Source: a virus
Length of the DNA stretch: 64,000 nt
Virus record (IMG/VR): IMGVR_UViG_3300025897_000009
Direction: 5' to 3' (one strand)
In this document: piece after piece, positions 58,422-64,000 of the stretch
Layout of the letters: every line of letters begins with the position of its first letter
How positions within the stretch are numbered: the stretch's first letter is position 1
The notes under the pieces: model-generated
Told to the model about the DNA's origin: nothing
The model's database searches: none
The model's input: the letters and a program-made list of their open reading frames with translations, nothing else
Program-made: the position numbers and the translations under genes

Positions 58422-58874
58422 TTATTCAGAAAGTAAACTTTTTTTAGATGTTTTGCTTACTTTTCCACCAATATCGAAGATTTTTGGTTTCTTTTCTTCT
58501 GGAATAATGCGTTCTAGATCAATGAGTAAGATACCATTGGCCAAGTCAACATTAACTACTTCCACATCTTCAGCAAGGGCAAAAGATCTTTTAAAGAAAC
58601 GAGAAGAGATTCCTTTGTGTAGGAATGACTCTTCGTCATCTTTATCTTTGTTTCCTTCAATGAACAGAGTGTGTTCTTTGAGTTCTACTTTAAGATCATC
58701 CTTACCAAAACCAGCGACTGCTATTTCAATAGTGAAATGCTCATCATCTGTTTTGCGGATGTTGTAGGGTGGATATGATGTAGAGGAATTTGCTTGAGAC
58801 GCAATCTCTAATCTGTTGAATAAGGAATCTAGACCGATTCCATACATAAGGTTTGATGTATTAAATGTTACCAT
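58422..58874 (-). CDS. hsp20: Small heat-shock protein Hsp20 (IbpA-like)
   Basis: YPPYNI, IEIAVAGF, FLHKGIS.R.F.RSF.L, NGIL.I.L...IPEEKKP; start MVTFN with AGGAG SD. Confidence 0.95.
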   Translation of the reverse strand: MVTFNTSNLMYGIGLDSLFNRLEIASQANSSTSYPPYNIRKTDDEHFTIEIAVAGFGKDDLKVELKEHTLFIEGNKDKDDEESFLHKGISSRFFKRSFALAEDVEVVNVDLANGILLIDLERIIPEEKKPKIFDIGGKVSKTSKKSLLSE

Positions 58875-58964
58875 CGTTTTTCTCCTTTTTAGCGAGTTGT
58901 AATTTGGCACCCATAATGGCATGCCTCCAAGTTGAGAATCTACTGATCCTCAAATATTATTTAG
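58875..58964 (-). promoter_or_regulatory. ROSE-like RNA thermometer 5' UTR with upstream CTAAATA late-like promoter
   Basis: Three hairpins; the last pairs CTCGCT with SD AGGAG leaving a bulged G. Confidence 0.55.
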
Positions 58965-59124
58965 TCAATTTGTCACGTGAAACTTCTAATTGTTTCAACT
59001 TTATTTTCCAAATTTCCTTAAATTCTGGATCTTTTGCTTTTAGGATAGCATTCTGTAATGCTTCCTTTCTGTTAAGATAGTTGTACTCTCGTACAGCAGC
59101 AACCATGACTGTATTTGTAATCAT
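58957..59124 (-). CDS. Small protein (55 aa)
   Basis: AKDPEFKEIWKIKLKQL motif; coupled start. Confidence 0.55.
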   Translation of the reverse strand: MITNTVMVAAVREYNYLNRKEALQNAILKAKDPEFKEIWKIKLKQLEVSRDKLTK

Positions 59125-59279
59125 CGTCCTTGACCTCTATATCTGCCCTGTGCTCTTTTCTTATGCTTATTCAAAGTAGATGTTGCTTGTCGCACTTGTC
59201 TACCTCTGCCTGGAGTTCCTTGACTTGTTTTCTTACGAGTCACAGGAGTATGTTTGGTCAATCTAAATTTTGCTGCCAT
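59121..59279 (-). CDS. Small basic conserved T4-like protein
   Basis: KKTSQG...NKHKKR..YRGQGR C-terminus. Confidence 0.7.
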   Translation of the reverse strand: MAAKFRLTKHTPVTRKKTSQGTPGRGRQVRQATSTLNKHKKRAQGRYRGQGR

Positions 59280-59287
59280 AATAATTC

Positions 59288-61333
59288 CTATTTTGTAGTT
59301 GCTTCCCAGATGCCTTCCCAATCGCTTGGGTTTAATTGTTTCATCTTTTTACATCTTGATACCATTATTTTACTATAATCTTCAAGTGGTGAAAAGGTGA
59401 TTTTAGAATATATGTTGATGGATTTATCCCACTCTCCTTTTACATAAGCATCCCAAGCATCTTCTATATCCCTAACAGTATGTTTGTACACAGGAATATC
59501 AAATACAGTGTAGATGTTAACAGGTTCTTTCTTACCCTTAACAATCAATTTGTCAAGCAGAATCCAAGTTAGACGATCATCATCTATGCCTTGCTTGGTG
59601 TTTTCTGATACAACCAATTCTACACCATAACTTTTTGATTGTCCTTCTAATCTTGCTCCCAAGTTTACAGGATCTCCAAGTACTGAGTAATCAAATCTTT
59701 GATCAGAACCCATGTTTCCTACAACTGCCTCTCCTGTGTTAATCCCTATACCTATGTTGATGGGTAGTAATCCTTCTTCAGTAAGTTCTTCATTCAAATC
59801 TTTCAAATCAGTTAGCATGTAAAGTGCAGAGTACACTGCTTTATGTTCTTGGTTCTCTATATCTAAGGGTGCATTCCAAACTGCCATAATGCAATCACCC
59901 ATGTATTTGTCGATCATACCATCTTTCTGTATAATGATATCCGTCATGGGTGTAAGGAATCTATTGATCAAATGAGTAAGTCCTTGCGGATCTGTTTTGT
60001 ATTGTTCACTGATAGGAGTGAATCCTCTAATGTCACAGAACAAGTAAGTCATTTGTTTGGTCTCACCACCCAACTGTAGCATCTCAGGATTCTTTTGTAG
60101 TTGTTTAACTAACTTAGGTGATAAATATGTACTGAACTGTTTTGAAATCTGTTGTCTTAATCTAAACTGACGATAGAAGTTATTAAATGATGCTTGAGTA
60201 AATATAACCCATAACGACAAGAGAGGAAAACTTGCGTCGATCAAAACTTTATAAGAATCATAACTATAAACAGATAAGACATAACTCCCGAGAGTCAAAG
60301 AAGCAACCAAAGGTATTTGAACAACCAGAGGACTTCGATATACTATCAATACCAACAATAGACCAAGCACCAGACTGGAAATTATTTCTGCGAGCAGTAC
60401 TAGCGATGGACGACTAATTACAGTCCCATCTAGCATTGTTTGTAATATGTTTGCTTGAATCTCGTGAGGGAGTTTTGCTCCATATGGAGTATTCACTTGA
60501 GGTACGATGCCTTCTGCGGATACACCCATGATCACTGCTTTGCCTGATAGATCGGGCAGGGTATCTTTACCCAATTCATAACTGTCAAAGTGATACTTGT
60601 AATCTATGTACACTCTTCCATTGCTGTCTGTTATGATCTTATCGTAAGGTGGTATTCTGAATGCTTCTATTCCTAATTCATTTACAAAGACCTGATAAGA
60701 GGGTTCTCCTGTGAGGTTTCTTAACATCTCTAAAGCAAAAGAAGGATAGATCTTATCGTTTACATTAATTGATACAGGAACTTGTCTTACTTTACCATCT
60801 ACATCATTGGGTGCCACAGCAACACCTACACCAAAGGCATTGTCTTCGAATATTTCTAGATTGGTGACTATCCCTGGATAGTTATAAAGATAAGGTAGAG
60901 CATCTCCACCTATGGTACCTGTTCCTACATGAGGTGCCTTACTATCTAAACCTTTGATTGAAGGCATTTGTGATAGAACAACCCCACCATAAGGAAAGAC
61001 TGATGATAAGAACTCATCATCGGTTGGGTTTGATGGATTTGCGAAAGTCGTATTGATTCCTAGTACAAAACCACCAGAATTAAATGTCTCAATTACATAG
61101 TTTCCGAGAACACTTCTATTAATAGGATAACCTGTATTTTGTAATGTGGTTTCACCTATCTCTAGTAGAACTATCTGATCACTATGCACTGGTTCAGTTG
61201 ACATTATGTAATCAAACCAATTGAGTCGCAAAGTTTCTACTGGGACTGGATCAGATACTCTTAAAGCAGTCAATCCACCCAAAACTAATAAGCACATCCA
61301 CCAAGATGTTAAAATCTTAGCAAATTTGTTCAT
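59288..61333 (-). CDS. CHASE2-domain membrane adenylate cyclase (class III)
   Basis: N-terminal TM, CHASE2 (DVDGKVRQVP, YPSFALE, TPYG...HE.QA), 3 TMs, FCDIRGFT, DKYMGD, FDYSVLGDPVNLGARLE. Confidence 0.93.
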   Translation of the reverse strand: MNKFAKILTSWWMCLLVLGGLTALRVSDPVPVETLRLNWFDYIMSTEPVHSDQIVLLEIGETTLQNTGYPINRSVLGNYVIETFNSGGFVLGINTTFANPSNPTDDEFLSSVFPYGGVVLSQMPSIKGLDSKAPHVGTGTIGGDALPYLYNYPGIVTNLEIFEDNAFGVGVAVAPNDVDGKVRQVPVSINVNDKIYPSFALEMLRNLTGEPSYQVFVNELGIEAFRIPPYDKIITDSNGRVYIDYKYHFDSYELGKDTLPDLSGKAVIMGVSAEGIVPQVNTPYGAKLPHEIQANILQTMLDGTVISRPSLVLLAEIISSLVLGLLLVLIVYRSPLVVQIPLVASLTLGSYVLSVYSYDSYKVLIDASFPLLSLWVIFTQASFNNFYRQFRLRQQISKQFSTYLSPKLVKQLQKNPEMLQLGGETKQMTYLFCDIRGFTPISEQYKTDPQGLTHLINRFLTPMTDIIIQKDGMIDKYMGDCIMAVWNAPLDIENQEHKAVYSALYMLTDLKDLNEELTEEGLLPINIGIGINTGEAVVGNMGSDQRFDYSVLGDPVNLGARLEGQSKSYGVELVVSENTKQGIDDDRLTWILLDKLIVKGKKEPVNIYTVFDIPVYKHTVRDIEDAWDAYVKGEWDKSINIYSKITFSPLEDYSKIMVSRCKKMKQLNPSDWEGIWEATTK

Positions 61334-61374
61334 AAGGTTATTTATTAGATTCTAAAATTGACTATATACTTATA

Positions 61375-61450
61375 TTACGATTCTGAAACTTTTAAGTTAC
61401 GAATCTGAAACGAATTATGATACTACGAATATACAAACGATTTGACAAAT
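61375..61450. repeat. Short degenerate direct repeats (ACGAAT/ACGATT core)
   Basis: TTACGATTCTGAAAC and TTACGAATCTGAAAC plus three more cores in an AT-rich intergenic region. Confidence 0.5.
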
Positions 61451-61488
61451 TAATGAAAGTCTCCAGAATACAAAAAGTCTGGAAAATC

Positions 61489-61971
61489 TCACTCAAATAA
61501 TTTATACTTAAACTCTAGTGACACTTCATGCCTTTCTGTATTGAAAAGGTATTCATTGTGCACGACTACACTCCATTGCATCGTATTAATGAATCTAAGG
61601 TACTTGATTCTAAACTCATCATCCATGTAATCTATAGAATTTTTTATATACCAACCTGCAAAAATCTTCGTTAAGAGTACTCTCTGTCGATCAGGATTAG
61701 TTTTAAATAGAGGATTGCCCTCTTTAAGATTACAAGTAAACTCTTCAATGCATTTCTTTAATCTTTTAGTTTGATGATGATCTATTGCGGATGCAATAAG
61801 ATATTTCTTATATAGTCTCTTACTTGTTCTGGACCATGAGGTCTGATCAACTCTATAGTTGTCTATATAATTTTTCTTCACAGGCAAAGGCAAAGAGATT
61901 AATATCTCCTCAACCTGTGCGTGTAAAAAGAGTGGCAATGCTAGAACTAAGGTAAACAAAGTTCTAGTCAT
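61489..61971 (-). CDS. Secreted/outer-membrane hypothetical protein
   Basis: Signal peptide MTRTLFTLVLALPLFLHAQ; D..QT...E.NPL motif. Confidence 0.6.
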   Translation of the reverse strand: MTRTLFTLVLALPLFLHAQVEEILISLPLPVKKNYIDNYRVDQTSWSRTSKRLYKKYLIASAIDHHQTKRLKKCIEEFTCNLKEGNPLFKTNPDRQRVLLTKIFAGWYIKNSIDYMDDEFRIKYLRFINTMQWSVVVHNEYLFNTERHEVSLEFKYKLFE

Positions 61972-62125
61972 CGCAATACTCTGGGTTGTTAGAACAATAG
62001 AATTTAACTGCGTTCAGCATAAACATCATTTCGTCTTGCGTTAAATCTCCATCACCCTTGACATTCCTAGCATCCTTTTTAGGGGATGCAGGAGTTTGTC
62101 TTTGGGGTGGAGTTCTTACTTTCCC
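61964..62125 (-). other. Programmed -1 frameshift signal and 51-aa transframe extension
   Basis: G GGA AAG (62125-62119) directly before TAA, stem-loop 6 nt downstream, open -1 frame to TAG at 61964. Confidence 0.75.
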
Positions 62126-62400
62126 TCTTTGGATTCTGGTTTAGACTGTAGTTCGTCTGTCTGTTTGTCGACTTCCTCAACTACTGTTTCGACTACACCA
62201 CCAACTGCTGTTGATGCTGTGGAAACGATGCTTGCTGCATCTTCTAATACTGCTTGTCCAACACCACCGACAGTGCCGACAGTCGCATCGATAACACCTG
62301 TAGAAAGTTCTTTACCACCTTCTATAACTGCACCAACTGATGCGCATGATTGAACAAATAGTCCAAGAATCAATATGCTTATTGTATACAATTTAAACAT
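62116..62400 (-). CDS. Lipoprotein (94 aa; 145 aa if frameshifted)
   Basis: MFKLYTISILILGLFVQSC lipobox, AGGAG SD, amphipathic Gly/Val/Thr repeats. Confidence 0.8.
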   Translation of the reverse strand: MFKLYTISILILGLFVQSCASVGAVIEGGKELSTGVIDATVGTVGGVGQAVLEDAASIVSTASTAVGGVVETVVEEVDKQTDELQSKPESKEGK

Positions 62401-62490
62401 AATATCTCCTTTTGAGTTTTTCAACTCTAGTTAACTCGTAATGTGCTCTCTAAGAGAGTACAATACTCCTTTTTCCTCTTTCCTATGTAT

Positions 62491-63285
62491 TTAGTTGCCT
62501 TGTGTCACTGATATCGAACATCCACCAACTGTTTGACAATCTTGCGTAAGAGAATAAGTTTGTGCTGTGGATCCTTGTTGAAGCATGTATAAGTCTGTAT
62601 CATATGTTCCATTTATTGTAACTGTGGCAGTATGTGTCGCACTTCCCTGTTGTATCATATCAACATCATTGTAACTATTATTGATTGTTAAACTGAGTGT
62701 TTTGTCTTGGTTGCTTTCTTGTCTTGTGTACACATCGTTATAATCACCATAGATATAGGTGATGTTTGAATGTTCGTGTCCTGAGTTATTTGCTCGTTGA
62801 CTTCCCAAAAACTTATTGTTAGAACCATGAATATCTAATCGTGTAAAATGCCCACCATATTCATAATCATCAATTGCTAACAATGTGCCTGAACTTGTTA
62901 CATGATATCCTTGATAGAAGTCTACATCATTACTATTGCCTGCGATATGAAATTCAAATCTATCACTCCCACAGGATGATCCTTGATTACATGTTTGTAC
63001 AATTTTTAGATTATTGTAATCGCCATCTAAATCTCCACCCCAACTTAAACCTGAACCCCATAATGTAGTGTAACCAACATATGCACTATTGCCTTGTTGT
63101 GTTATGTCAACTACATTATTGGCACCACCCACACTAAAATCTACTTTGCTGTTGTATCCTGTTTGGTTTATGGTGAGATCAAAGTTGTTACCCACTTGAT
63201 TCATATAGATTTCATTATCTTGTGCTATTAGTAATGAAGCATAAGATGCTAAAATCATCCAACCAATAATAAGCAATTTGTCCAT
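62491..63285 (-). CDS. Curlin-like (CsgA/CsgB-type repeat) secreted protein
   Basis: Signal peptide then repeated N-x-x-x-I-x-Q-x-G units (NEIYMNQVG, DLTINQTG, VDITQQG, VDMIQQG, SISVTQGN). Confidence 0.75.
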   Translation of the reverse strand: MDKLLIIGWMILASYASLLIAQDNEIYMNQVGNNFDLTINQTGYNSKVDFSVGGANNVVDITQQGNSAYVGYTTLWGSGLSWGGDLDGDYNNLKIVQTCNQGSSCGSDRFEFHIAGNSNDVDFYQGYHVTSSGTLLAIDDYEYGGHFTRLDIHGSNNKFLGSQRANNSGHEHSNITYIYGDYNDVYTRQESNQDKTLSLTINNSYNDVDMIQQGSATHTATVTINGTYDTDLYMLQQGSTAQTYSLTQDCQTVGGCSISVTQGN

Positions 63286-64000
63286 TATCCTTCCTGTTTT
63301 ATAATTATGTTAATAGAACCACCTTCGTTCACTGTAATCTCACTGGTAGCACCTGAGTTGTTGGTGGCATTGATAGTAGCATTTGCTTCCATACTCATTT
63401 TTATCGATAACACACCACCAGCATCTCTAAAGAATGTCACTGTACCTGAACCCTGATCGATAAAAGTATTGAAGTTGGTGACTTTGTCAAATCCTGGAGC
63501 AATTGTCCCTTTGATAAAAGAACCATCTCCCGATTTGTTTTGAGAGCCACCACCTTTCTGTCTTTGTATTTCAATATTTTCTAATACTTCTAATACATCT
63601 TGAAGTAAATCAACATCAAGTAAGTCAATATCTAATTCAGTAAACTCTAAACTGTCTTCTGTTAATTCTGGATCTTCTTCTAATAAGTTTTCTTCTAGTA
63701 GATCTATATCTAATATTCCACCATCTGAAGAATCACTCGAAGACATCTCTTCTTGCTGTTTTGTTATTTCTTTTGGTGGCGAAACTATAAACATGTTATC
63801 AATTAGATTCATGTCTATATCTAAAGTTGTTGGTGGAGTTGGACTCGTTTCTATATTCGGAGTCATTGTTGCTTGATATGCCTCGTTAAGAGTCACACTA
63901 CCACCAGCAGTCGTCACCAATATCTCACCAGATGCGTTTCCGTTTTCATCTGGTAATAGTATGATGAGAGATCTTCCTATCTCATCTACTGTTGTTGTAA
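63285..64000 (-). CDS. FecR-domain protein (5' part outside the window)
   Basis: Frame open to the window edge: TTTVDEIGRSLIILLPD..GEILVTTAGGSVTLN.AYQAT, acidic linker, C-terminal I.I.Q. Confidence 0.65.
   Translation of the reverse strand, partial: TTTVDEIGRSLIILLPDENGNASGEILVTTAGGSVTLNEAYQATMTPNIETSPTPPTTLDIDMNLIDNMFIVSPPKEITKQQEEMSSSDSSDGGILDIDLLEENLLEEDPELTEDSLEFTELDIDLLDVDLLQDVLEVLENIEIQRQKGGGSQNKSGDGSFIKGTIAPGFDKVTNFNTFIDQGSGTVTFFRDAGGVLSIKMSMEANATINATNNSGATSEITVNEGGSINIIIKQEG

Noticed and set aside
61964-62029. Independent 21-aa ORF (MMFMLNAV...) as the explanation of the gap after the lipoprotein
   Set aside because: No well-spaced SD, and it does not explain the 30 open upstream codons, slippery heptamer and stem-loop; a frameshift fits better, though this is not excluded

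Overview
AT-rich 64-kb segment of a large T4-like (Tevenvirinae/Kyanoviridae-like) myophage, probably marine. Its bS21 looks gammaproteobacterial, so the host may be SAR86-like (inference). Nearly all genes are on the minus strand. Core genes: gp29-like hub/tape measure (+ strand), gp32, gp59, gp33, exonuclease, DenV-like glycosylase, RNase H, RuvC-like resolvase, glutaredoxin, NrdB, NrdA, primase gp61, spanins, a block of probable internal head proteins, gp41, UvsX, gp43, lysozyme, peroxiredoxin, three tRNAs (Asp, Ala, Thr) and Hsp20. Between them sit many accessory enzymes (2OG-Fe(II)/TauD oxygenases, sulfotransferases, Rieske-less oxygenase domains, SDR) and a phage ribosomal protein S21. 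The right end holds a FecR-like / curlin-like / lipoprotein / secreted protein / CHASE2-adenylate cyclase module. Its lipoprotein gene ends in an in-phase -1 slippery heptamer (G GGA AAG) with a stem-loop 6 nt downstream and a 51-codon open -1 frame, i.e. an apparent unannotated programmed frameshift. Other RNA-level signals: a structured ~180-nt element between gp32 and rpsU, a ROSE-like thermometer before hsp20, ten copies of an early-promoter motif, and many apparently leaderless genes. All family assignments come from motif recognition by eye, not database searches.
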